A stretch of 59,127 bases of DNA, the filler included. It is 3 parts of 3 records of this genome, joined end to end, with 100 filler letters (N's around TTAATTAATTAA, not from the genome) between each part and the next. Parts side by side here need not be neighbours in the genome. Positions count along the whole stretch, not along the records: positions 1 to 15,528 come from DRR378314_1637; 2 more parts are not named here. One strand, given 5' to 3'. Below are positions 1 through 11,500 of the stretch, piece after piece (position 1 is the first letter of the stretch; each line of letters begins with the position of its first letter). Made by a program: the position numbers and the translations under genes. The notes under the pieces were generated by a model. That model saw only the letters and a list, made by a program, of their open reading frames with translations, was not told the DNA's origin and did not search any database.

Positions 1-267
1 GGTAGCGCAAGGGGGAAAAGCCCGCGCGTACCAGCGCACAGAGGTTCGCAGGACGCGCCTAATGGACGCTATCCAGACTCGTTCCCCAGCCCGGCAGGAC
101 ATCACTTCAACTACATCGCGGCGCAGATGTGCCACCCAAGCGCACACACCGCACAGAAGACTATGGCAAAGTAGCTTGCACACGAAACGATGGGCCGGGG
201 CGCGTACGAGGGGAGGAGCGTAGCCAAACACGAATACCGCACACGCGCGGCAGGAAGAAAAACGCAC

Positions 268-1017
268 CGACTCGATGACCTGGAACACTTCCCGCACGCT
301 CAGCGGAATCACGCCCGGATTCTTGTTATTCCCGATCATCGTGAACGTTTTTCCGGAGCCGGTTTGTCCATACGCAAACACTGACCCATTCACACCCTTG
401 CATGCGTCTTTCACAATTTTGGTGATATAGTACGAGTAAATGTCGCGACTCTCGTCAATCTCCGTGAAAATCTTCCGGAACTGGTACACTGTCTTTTCGA
501 ACCCCTGAACTCCTTCGCCGGGATTCTGCGCCAAGGCATCAAATTGCTGCACAGGGTTGCTGATTTTCCGCCACACAATCTTGTCTCCAGCGGTCATCTG
601 CACGCAGAGGTCAATGGGAGATACAGTTACGAGGCGCCAAAGAATGCTGCTGCTCTTCCTTCACAGTTGCCCGGCGAGCGCAGCACCGAAGGAGTTGCCG
701 GACGCGCGCACGAGTCCTGCTAGCACGTGCTACGCCTCCACCTGTTCCGAAAGCGAACCATTCTCACACAAAACGAGGACCGCACGGCAGCTGTATGTAT
801 CCATGCAAATTCGTTATTATATCTTTCTATCAACAGAGACGGAGTAAGCAACCGGCGGCGGGGAACAGGCCGGGTACAAGGGCTTGTGCACCGCGAGACG
901 AACCTCCTGCGGCATGGGCGGCCGGATCCGAATTGCCACGGATATGCCCTCTTGCTGCGACGCGGCGTCTTCATCTCCCTCGGCGCCGCGATCTTTCTTG
1001 CGGAAAATCCGATCCAT
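268..1017 (-). CDS. Kinesin motor-domain protein (kinesin-7/CENP-E-like), spliced, 3' part not in window
   Basis: Exon 1 (1017-904, MDRIF...ISVAIRIRPPMPQE, GT donor at 903) splices in phase 0 to exon 2 (597-268, CAG acceptor, GT donor at 267). Exon 2 reads MTAGDKIVW...YQFRKIF...GVNGSVFAYGQTGSGKTFTMIGNNKNPGVIPLSVREVFQVIES, with the kinesin VxxRxRP and P-loop GQTGSGKT motifs. Subfamily is a by-eye guess. Confidence 0.9.
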
Positions 1018-4000
1018 CTTTCGCGCAGAGCTTCAGACTGTAATTAGCAAATTTTTGTAATACCAGCACGCGCAATATGGCGTTGAGCAAGGAGGGAGAT
1101 CCTTTCTGCACATGGCAAAGGCTTTGCGGCCTGCCCCTGTTGTCGCACAGCGCAAAGTCGCTTGCTTGGTGCGGTGCGTGAACGCGTAAGAAGCCTGAAG
1201 CCCCGGTAACGGCTAAACGTAGCGACGACCCTTCCAAGGGCGCGCAAAAGTCTTGCATACCAGCCCTCGTAACTTTCGCATGTGCAAGACAGGATAATGC
1301 TAGACGCTATCCGCGCAACGAATTGCGTTGCTGAGCACCACGCAGCACGCAGCGCTGCTAGGCCACGGGAGCGCTATAGAAGAGGAATCGCGCGCTTATC
1401 CCAACGCTGCCGCCGAGCGTGACGGTAACTTGGACCGCCGTTGCGCCCGCACGCATCACACTCCTCCTATGCCGCGCTCCCAATCCTGACCTCTTTCCCG
1501 CATCCTAAAAAAGACATCCAGCTATGAGTACAATTAACAATGCCAAGCATACATAAAATCAGAGGGGGGAAGCTATTCTCTTTCCAGAAGGCGTCACGAG
1601 TATGGGCACTGCCCGCCGCGACTTGCAAGTGAGCACGTTTCGAGGAGCAAACACACGGAGCCAACAAAGGATGGCGGACACTTCTAGGATGCTATCGAAA
1701 TATTACATAGTGAATTGCCTTGTCCAACAAGGAGCTGAAATCATGCCAGGGACTACTTTTTCAATAGCATACCTAGAAGGCGCGGTTCGGACTTTCCCCA
1801 GCTAGCACGCGCCGGTTCGCCACGCACAGAACGCAACACGTTGCTAAAACAAACAAAAGCGCCCTACCCCAGACAATCCCACAGTGCCCACCCAAATGTG
1901 AGATCACAGGTAAACTGAGACACTGTGGGCGAACGGAATCGATGACAAGATTCAAGGCTCTGCGGAAATCGAACACGAAGGGCGCCGAGTGCAAAGACAC
2001 GCACAAGCAACTCTTCACCTCGACTCTGCAGCAGCGGCGTGTCGCCGCAGAAACGCTGGCAGAATGCGAAAATCCACTATATCACTTTGTAAAACTACTA
2101 CACAACTCTTTGATCGGCTTCAGCAGGCGGGGATGCTGGTCACCTCGCGCGCAACTATGCAGACAAAACCCGACCCTCTACCCCAACCCACAGATATCCG
2201 GCGAAGCGAGGTCATCCGTGATTTTGGCTCTTGTCACCCACGAGCAAAGCGCGACCTGTACGAGCGGACACTGCCCTGCCGGAGCGCCGAGCACGCCAAC
2301 CGGCTGCGTTTCTCTCGTCTCTCCGACCCACATCAAAAGCACGGGGTGCCAGTGTAAACTTCCGAGATCACACAATGGATCATCAATACCAGACGAGGAA
2401 GAAAGGAAATCAATCAACATACACTGGGCATTGACTAAGCAGACAAGCTGCCGTCGTTGCACGCGCGAGTGTGGTAGGGCGCACGCGGGCAGCGCGACCT
2501 TCCCGTCTCGCACGCGCAGCGGAACCTAACACAGCGGCGTCCTTCCCCCCGCGCGTAATCCCCGTCCCTTTCTTTTTGAAGAAAAAAGCATACATTGGCT
2601 TACTGCACTCCAGCACCGCAGCGCTATACAAAGCTCGGCACCCGAGCTGCCCACGCACGATTCTGTCAAACCTCCTGGCGCAAAAAAGCGATACAAGGAA
2701 GCGAAGACGACCGCCAGAGCTTGCACGCAGCAACGCAAATCGCCGCCGCGAAGCCCGCTGCGGCTCCAACCACCACGCGATCTGTGAAGGTCGCAGCAAA
2801 TATCCCAGGCGTCTGCTCGCTAGCGCAGTACGAAGAAAAAAAGCTTCCTCCGGGGTAAGCTACTTGCCGAGCGAGTTGATCCACGCCTGCACGGGATCCG
2901 CTTCCGCGTTGCCGTCGCTGCCGTTGGCGTGCGAGTCCGCTGCAAAAGCGCCCACAAAGATAGGGGGAAAAGGAAAAATAGGACAATCAGCGCCATCATA
3001 CGTGCACTCTGCGCACAAATTCAAGCTCTTCAAATATCTTCTTCCCCCCAAAAGGAAGAGAGAACGAGGGAGAGACCCATCAAAGCGTGCGCAAGAGAAC
3101 GTAGAAACACAGTAAATCGAGTCGCGGTCTCCGCACGAGTACCTTTCTAGAGCGAGAACGCCCACCGCGCGCGCAGCAGCGCACACCGGCAACGTCCGCA
3201 AATAGGATTACGTACCAGCAGGCTCCGCTAACTCAGCCGCTGCTGCCTGAGTAGGCGCGTGCTCCGCGTGAGACTGATAGAAAAAGGAAACGCAGAAGAG
3301 ACAACGAGAACAAAGTCGGAAGTATGCAGGAAACCCATCCACACGCGCAGACACCGCGCAAAAGCACGGGGGGAACGCGGCGCTGCTTGCACGTGTACGT
3401 CCAGCTTTCTGCAGCACAGCCCATCTTCCACGACAAAGGTGCACGAAGATACGCATCGTATGCAGTATGCAACGTTGCTGATTCATCGAAGACCAAGATT
3501 GACGTGGCGCCCCAGCCTGCACTCCGTTCCTCCTTCGCATTTCTGCGCTGCTCGTACCTCTGCCTGGTGCGCATCCGCAGGAGCAGACCCGGTCGACGCC
3601 AGCATGCCCGAGCGAACCGCGCCGTACAGCGTCCCGGCGGCAAACGCACCGGCGCCCAAAAACTGCGCGCGTAATGGTAAGAACAACTCATAGCGTTACA
3701 TGGAGCAGCATGGCCACGGACATGCGTTCGCGTCACCTGACACAAGACGGAAGGGGCTCACTCTACCAACACCAGCCAGTGCGCGGCGGCGCCACTGCAG
3801 CAGCAGACGCGCAGACGACAGGGCAGCGCCAGCTGCAAAAACGAAAACCGCCACCCACACCAAAATTTCGCACACAACACGCTCCAATGTGCCGCAGTGC
3901 GACTTGACCAGAACAGAAGCATCGGAAATTTCCGAAAAAAAGGTGCGACATCTTTTCGTTCCTTCCTTCGCGCAACTTTTTATGAGTGCGCACGCAGCAC

Positions 4001-5434
4001 ACGAGGTTGCCAGCGCGAGCTTTCGCGAAGCCCGCGACTGCTCGCGGGTGGCCGGTAGAGCTGCCGTGCACGCGACAAGCCTTTCCTTACTGGTTTGGTT
4101 TTTGGTGCCGGTGGCGTCGCGGACATGATGCATGCACCTCGCAGAAGTATGCCAGATTCCATGCGTATAAGTGTGTAGAGATACACCGATGAAACCCGAG
4201 GACGATGCGGCGCAATTGGCGCGCGCCTGCGCGTTCGCTACGGTGCGCCGCTAGCAAAATGCCTGCGCGCGCACATAGTGCACGAGACGGAGAAGAGCTA
4301 GCACCCTCCGCAATTCGCTGCTCCAGCGTCCACCCGAAAGAGCAAACGCAAGGACACTACCCCTCGCTCCTTCATAGTATATAGGTACTTAATCATCTCG
4401 CGCCTGCTACATGGGATAAGAGCAGCGCTCCGAGACGCGCCCGGCCGTAGCGAGCTCCGTGTGCACCCTGTTGCGCCAGCGCCTGTGCGTCTGAACGGCC
4501 CCGGTGCCCCTCTACAGTGCAACGCCCGAGGCTGCGAAACCGCGTGCGCCTCGCGGAGTAACAACGCGCAGCAATATCGTTGTTATCGCTCTTTCCCCAC
4601 CACGTGCAAACACCCACGTGCCCCAAAGCTATTCATAGTCTGAAATATGCCTTGCGGTATTCCTTATGATTCCCGGGGTACATAATCGGGGGAAAAAAAC
4701 GGTGCTTCCGCCCGTACCTTGGAAACGTGGGAGGAGCAAGCGGACATGGCGGCTGTCGCAGATTTGCGCAACTCGGCTAGGAAGGCTCGATGTGCAGCAG
4801 CTGCCACAGGCAAGCGCGCATTGCATCCAGCGGCAGTGGCAGCGCAGGTTTAGATGAGGGGTACGAATCTAATTAAGAAGAACGTCTGGTATTGACTGTC
4901 AGAGACGCTGGCGCAACAGCCAGATACCGGAACACGCGCAGCTACGGAAAGCGCTACAGCAGGGGTAGCTGATAAAGCAAACTCACCCAAAGAAACCAAG
5001 ATTACCCCTTTATTGATACCAAACTATTGCATGCGCGGTTTGTAACGGATACCGAGACATACAAAGGCGTAGGTGACAATCGCTTGCGTGCGTAGAACAG
5101 TCCGCGCGATCCGACACACCCCAAGGGTTTCGCTTCCCGTCCAGTGTTGTTCGTCTAACAGCGCTCGACAAGTAAGATCACGCTGCACGAGCCCTGCAAA
5201 CGTCAGCAGCAGGCGGATGGCACGGCACAAATACGGCACCGCTGCTGGCGAAAACGCGAGCTGCAGGCCCTACACATTCGTGTCCTCGTCTCCCGGCCCC
5301 CCTGATTACGCCGCGCTTCAAAGCTCTACAGTACGCATTCCCTTGGCCACGAATAGACACGCATACGAGAGTGATTGAGCTCAACTACTGAGGTTAAGCT
5401 TGCGCCCCGCGGAACGGTAGTGCGAACCCCACTC

Positions 5435-8075
5435 ATGGCTGCAGGTTGTACTTCAGTTGTTGTGCGCAGCCCGGTGGGCGGTGACGTGCGCCTGGATGAG
5501 GTTCGTCAAGCGCACACTCGCTCCGCTCTTGCCAACGAGATGAACGAACAGTTGTTTCGGAATTCGGCGCTGATTTTCTGAAATCAATGCAAATTTGGTT
5601 CATGATTGGGTCCAGAAATGCCACTGTTCGGTGTGCGGTTACGCTTTTGTGCCTGCGACGAGAGCTGCTCGTTTTCCGGAACGCATTGTCCCGCCGTGCG
5701 CACCCGTCGTTCCAGCCCCGCGCACGCGCTGCTATCCCTTTCTCCTCCGGTGCAATGAAAAAATGCTACCAGAATTTCTAATCACATGATATTGTAAACA
5801 GAGATTCCCTGTCGGTGCTGAAAAGGGATCAGCCTCTCTATTCTGTGGAGCACCATACCGCCTCGGCGAAGCGCGCTGCCGAGGGACGGCAAAGATCCAT
5901 GCGCAAGCACCGTGGTTTTTTGTTACGCGAAAGGGCACTTGCTTATCCGGACTCGGGCCGCGCCGTATATGCCAGAGTAGACTCACCAAGTATTTCATAT
6001 GCTCCCGTAAATATGTGTTCTCACATTAGGTTCCACTGAGCGAGTCGATCTTGGCGCTCAAGCGCCGCGTATCCGCTGCTTTCGACGAGCGAAACGGAAC
6101 GTCGTCTGCATCCCCTCGTAACGAACAAGGTGAGTTCCTGCCGCGCGTACAATGCCCGCTACGAACGGCTACCGAAGCAAGCGATTTTTCAGACGCGCAA
6201 CGAAAAATAAGCTCCATTTGTATGCACAATGTAATGGTGCTGTGAAAAAAATGCGAAAGGCATAGAAAGGGCCGAAGGGACAGGGAGGGGCGTACGCAAT
6301 TAGTTGCACCGTGGCTCTCGCGGATAGCGGTTCGATCGCAGCAGCGTATCCGCGACTATTCCAAAGTTACCCATGTGACGCGAGGGAATGGGAAACACTG
6401 CTCCCCTTCTTCGATTCGCATTGCACTGCTCATGATACAAGGACAACTTGCGCTGTACCGCATCGTTTGTTAGAAGTGAACAACGCAAGAGTAGCAAGCA
6501 CTGTCGAATTGATTGTCGTGCGAACCTTGTACCGTCGTGGAACTTCTTCCGTGGCAAAGGCGAGCGCGCGGTTCTAATGTTGCTTGTATCCATGCTTTGC
6601 GTCGGTATTGCACATGTAGCGATAAAGATCATATATGCTGGCCGTATTCTACAAAATGACGTTCTTCTTGCGGAGTTGGTCGGTGAGCGAGAAAACTGCA
6701 AGGAAGTGACTGTGCACGTTGTCTTGCCGCCGCGCGAGGTCGCGCCGACGCCGGCTACCAACTCCGATAACCGCGATACGATACAGGATGCAGCGCAGCG
6801 TATTCAACGGGATATGCAAGCCATACAGCAGTTGCTGCAACGTGCCCAGGTAAAGAGCCACCTCGACGATTCTGGTCGGCGGAGTGCATGCTGCAGGGCC
6901 CGGGATGCACATGCAAGCACCTGCTGCTCCTTGGAACAGATTATTCCGGTGAAGAAACGTGTGACGCAGCTTGTCGGCGTGAGCAGTTGCCAAACGTACA
7001 CGCGAACCAGGAACTCATACCTCCACATGTAGCAAGGCGATTCCTTTTTTTCACCTCCCAAGGTGCTGTTCGTGGCGTCTGACTACGAGAGAGTCGCATG
7101 TACTACACCACGATGTCCAGCACACACCGCCTCGTCCCGAGGCGCGCAACGAAGGTCTCCGCGAAGATCCGCCGCAGCCGGCTCAACCCGATGACGCAGA
7201 AGCGCGACGCAGACACCGGGAAGCGATCCAAGATGCTGAGCAAGGACAGGAGCAAGGCCAGAACCGCAGAGTACGTCATGTGACGCGCTCGCGGAGTTGA
7301 GCTGTGCGACTGTAAACCGCAGCACCGCAGAATCCAAATTGGGCTAGGATGGAGTGCTCGTTGCGTTTACAGTAACTTGACAGCGCAGCTCTGTCTCCGC
7401 CCATTCTCGTCCAATCCAATGCATTGCCCATCCTCCTCGCCACCACCCAGTACACGCACAGAGAGGATACAGAAAGATACATGCATGTACCTGATCGCAA
7501 CAGGACAGCCGTCTGCATAGCCGAGGTTCGAGCTTGCTCCTTGTCAGTAAAGTATGGGCGTGTGTTCGATGGTGGAAGGAGGGAGGCGGCGATGGACCTG
7601 CGCTCCACGTAGCGATGCAGAGGTTGCGCGCGGTTCCCAGCGACATGGAGAGTACATCAGAGCATCTCCCCAGCTGTCATGCGGCTTCTTTTTCTTTTCG
7701 TGGCACACGCTGAGCGTGGTATTCTCCGTTCTCTCCATGTCTACCTGTATGTCCGTGCAGATGCTGCTGCGAATCCTGCTGCTGCTGTTTTTATTCTCCC
7801 AGGATCCAGACGGCGATCACCATCGTGTAAAAGTGTTTGGCGTTATTGCGATAGTCTTCTTTCTCTATCGAACGCGGTTCTTCGGCCTGTTTCGACGCGC
7901 CGCGCCGGAGCAATCCGCCGATCAGCCGGCGCGCCGGTTCATCCGAAACCGCCGCAGAACTATCATCCAGGAAGTCGAGCTCTTTCTGGTCGGTTTCTTC
8001 GCTTCGCTGTCGCCAAAGTGGGAAGCGCCTATGCTGGAGCCCGAGCCGCAGGAAGAGCAGGAAGCAGCGTCGTAG
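5435..8075 (+). CDS. HERP/HERPUD-like ubiquitin-like-domain ER membrane protein, spliced
   Basis: Phase-compatible exons 5435-5500, 6030-6129 and 6620-6849 give a UBL domain (VVVRSPVGGDVRLDE|VPLSESILALKRRV...|AIKIIYAGRILQND...VTVHVVL). Probable internal exon 7121-7270; other middle exons uncertain. Last exon 7761-8075 has a hydrophobic hairpin (MLLRILLLLFLFSQD...VIAIVFFLYRT) and a C-terminal GFFASLSP motif like the HERP FFASLLP tail. Confidence 0.75.
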
Positions 8076-8513
8076 TCAAAGCCTTGGCGGTACGCTTCCG
8101 CTGGCAACTGCATATGAGACAATTATGTGCGGTAGAACCGTTTCGTTTTACTCGTCCTGATTCTGTCCACATGCTCGCGGAACAGCATCGCAGGTCGCGC
8201 GAGCTGATCCCGGTACGTGAGCCGATCGAGCCGCCACTCTTCGGCACCTTCCCAGGTTCGGGCGCGCGCGTTTGTCGTGCGATGTGCTGCACAATTTCAG
8301 CGGCGCCCTATTCCTGTGAATCGCGCCTTCGAGTGCCTCAGTGAAACCCGAGAAGGCGCCTTTCGCTTGTGAGGAACGCAAGCGCGGTCCTTTGAGCACC
8401 CTGTCCGTGCGTGCACATGGCTTCCTATGCCATTCGCGCCGCTTCGTGTATTTACCTCCTCTGACACATACATGAAACAAAATATATCGACAAGGATCTC
8501 ATCCTCGCAAGCA

Positions 8514-11500
8514 CTACTTCTCGTCCAGAGCCCGAAAACCTCGCCAGTTGTCGCCAGGAACACCGCTCTCCATGACCGCAAGCAGCGTGTCGCACTGCAT
8601 ATCGGTTCCCCACACCTGCAAGCGCATGACGCGCGCACAAGAGCACAAGCAGCAGCAGCAGAAAAAAAAGATCGCATAAGCACCAGACTCTCGCAGCACA
8701 CCAGCAAAACACGCTCGCAGGGGCAGCAACGCCACGAGGAGACGGCTAACCATAAGCAATCCAGCACAATGGTGTCGACGACACGAGCAACAACGACAGA
8801 ATTAAAAAAGGAAAGAAGAAGAAATGGCAAGCGGATAATCGCGTGCTTGAGCGCGTTCTCGGCCTCGCGCAGCAGCTCCACGCGCCCGATACTGCGGCTC
8901 GTGCTGCCCCCCTTGCGCCTGGCGACCGCGTGAGCGCTGCTTCCGCACCCCCGATCCGTGACAGTGGGCGCGCAGAAGCGAGGAATACAACCTACCAGTT
9001 TGCACTTTTCGATAATTCGGATCGCGTTCTCCCAATCACCCTCTATGTACATTTCAACGGCTTTCGAAAACACCTGCGGAACAGAGACCGAGTGAGCGAG
9101 CAAGCGAGACGACGAGACGGGATTACGTCGGTGAGTGAGCACCGCGAAGGGCATCTCTTCGTTGCGACAGCTGTCGTACTCTCCTCCGAGCGCACGAGCA
9201 GATCGAGCGACGTACTACAAGCAACACTGCTAGCGCCAGCCATTGCGCCCGACGAAAAACGAAAGAATACAGAGCACGGCGAGCAACGCCGCCTGGAAAT
9301 TGGAGCTGTGCGCTCGTGGGAGATACCATTCTCGTGTCAGCAGAAACGAACGCCAAATTACGCCGCTGTTTGAGCCGAAGTGGGAAACCAGCGGAAGCGA
9401 ACGAGAAAATAATAATAATAACGCCGATTGCCTAATCCTATACTTGTACGATCGCGTACGTTTGGCATGCGCGACGACGGCAACTGCAGCGTACCTTGGT
9501 GGTGCGGCGGTTGATCTCTGACGAATCGCGGTGCGCGTCGAGACTGTAGATCCTCATCGGCCGGTTCGAGCCCTGCGTGGCCACACGCGCGGTAAGCACG
9601 GCGCAATCGCGTCGCCGGAGACGCAGTGAGCGGCGCGCGCACGCGCAGAGAGAGGATGCGTCATGCACGATGCGCAAGCGCGCACTGCGCAACGACAGAG
9701 CGGCAGATGTTGCTCCGCGCTCCACAAAACGTCGCGCGCCGGCGCCTTGCCTTGCGTTCCTTGCATAGACTGCCCCGCTATGCAACAGCAAACGAAACTG
9801 TTTCGCGTGTCAACTTTTACGAACAGAACACGATGTGCTGCGGCAAAACGCAGGCGCCTGCACGCGAAAGCGAGCAACGAACACACGCTGCAAATACAAG
9901 CTTCTTCGCTCGCTCGGGCGGCGACCACAGCAAGGGAAACCGCGATTCGCAGAGGACCCCGCTCGCCACGAGCAGCTTCGAACGCGGCACGACGGAGAGA
10001 GAGCCGGCGCGAGAGAACCACACAGCCAAACAAAAGGGGGAAAATGCGCAACGCGCGCCGCGACTGGGGCGAAATGAAGGTTGAGCGCGCGGAGCGAGTG
10101 GTCCAACACGAACGCGGCGCGCGTCGTGCAACAAGCCGAACAGAGGCAGAGCGCGCGGCGCTGCGGCGGCGCGGACGCACCTTGAACGTGACGCGGTCGA
10201 GCAGACGGCACTGCCGCTGACCCGCGCGCGAGAGCAGCGAATGGAACTCGTCGGACAAGAGCACCGGCACGCCAAACTGCTTTGTCGCGGACTCGAGACG
10301 CGAGGCGAGGTTAACGTGCGGTGACAAGTACGAAACATCGATCTTGTACTTGGACCCGATTGCGCCTTGAATCGCTGCAAGGACCGGAGTGAACGTTGGG
10401 CGCAGCGCGCGCGGAGTCGCGGGTGAGTGTCGCGCGAGAGCGGAGACGCGCGGCCGCGGTTCGCGCCAAGGAGCCAGCAGGCGCGTGCACGCACTCGCAC
10501 CGAGTACGACACTGCGACAAGGGGCACTGGAGTGCGACAGCTCAGAGCACCGACCGAAAAAAAATAGTAACGAATAATGCACGGGGCTAGCCGTCGCTCG
10601 ATCAAGCAGCTGGCGTGCTCTAGCAGAGAGTGCACGCCCGCGCATCCGCTGGACGGCTTCCCTCTCCGCGCCCTGCCAGCAGCCCGCTGCGGCAGCGCGA
10701 GAGAAGAGGCGAGCGTCGAGCACGCGCGCGAGACACGGCAAAACACGTTTTTTTATCCCCGCGCGTAGAGGCTACAGCGCAGTGCTGGCGCATACCCCAT
10801 CCGACGTGGAGGCCGAAGCCCATGCCGAGGCCCTTGAACTCTGGCATTCGCGTCTGAATGCTGCACATCCGGTTGAGCTCTTCCAAAACTTGCGGCGCCT
10901 ACAAGGAAAAAACAGCGCCATGGGCAGGCACACATCCACAGTTGTCGTGCTGAGCAGCGAGCGTGGTGGCGGCGAAGGAAGACCGCTGTGTCGCTTCGGC
11001 GTCCGGGACACGAGCCGCCCGCCGACAATAGCAGCACGGAGTTCGCCTCGACATACGGAACCGCATCGCGTGCACGCGACGGCTCACCTCGATCGCCTGC
11101 ACGATCTCGTGGAAGCAGTTCAGGGCGTTGTCAGCCACTGCGCTCTCGTTGTCGCCGTCCTCGAGCTTCCACGTCAGCAGCCACGCGTCGCCGATGTTCT
11201 TGTTCACGTGTCCGCCCCACGTTTTCACTGCAGCCAACCGACAGCCGCCGGCGATAAGCGCGGGAGAAACAGTGCCAAGAACATATGGCATCCAGTTAGG
11301 AAGCAGGAACCGACACCTGACACAAAGAAATCAGTAGGAGCGAATCGCAACCTGCACGGAAGGACTAACCCACACCTGACACGAAGAACATGTTCGGCGC
11401 GAATCGCAACCAAAAAGGAAGAAAACCGACACATGACACGAAGAGCATAGTCCGCGCGAATCGCAATCAGTCCGACGAACGAGTGTAGGACATGCGGACA

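Noticed and set aside
787-826. Extra kinesin micro-exon RYNNEFAW
   Set aside because: The phase does not fit the strong donor at 903, and exon 1 already joins exon 2 cleanly.
1540-2430. Possible plus-strand spliced gene divergent from the kinesin
   Set aside because: Some protein-like blocks (e.g. MADTSRMLSKYYIVNCLVQQGAEIMPG) exist, but I found no consistent exon chain or motif.
11299-11468. CRISPR-like repeat-spacer array
   Set aside because: Only three degenerate units, similarity extends across the whole 59-bp period, it sits in a eukaryotic intron, and no cas genes are present.
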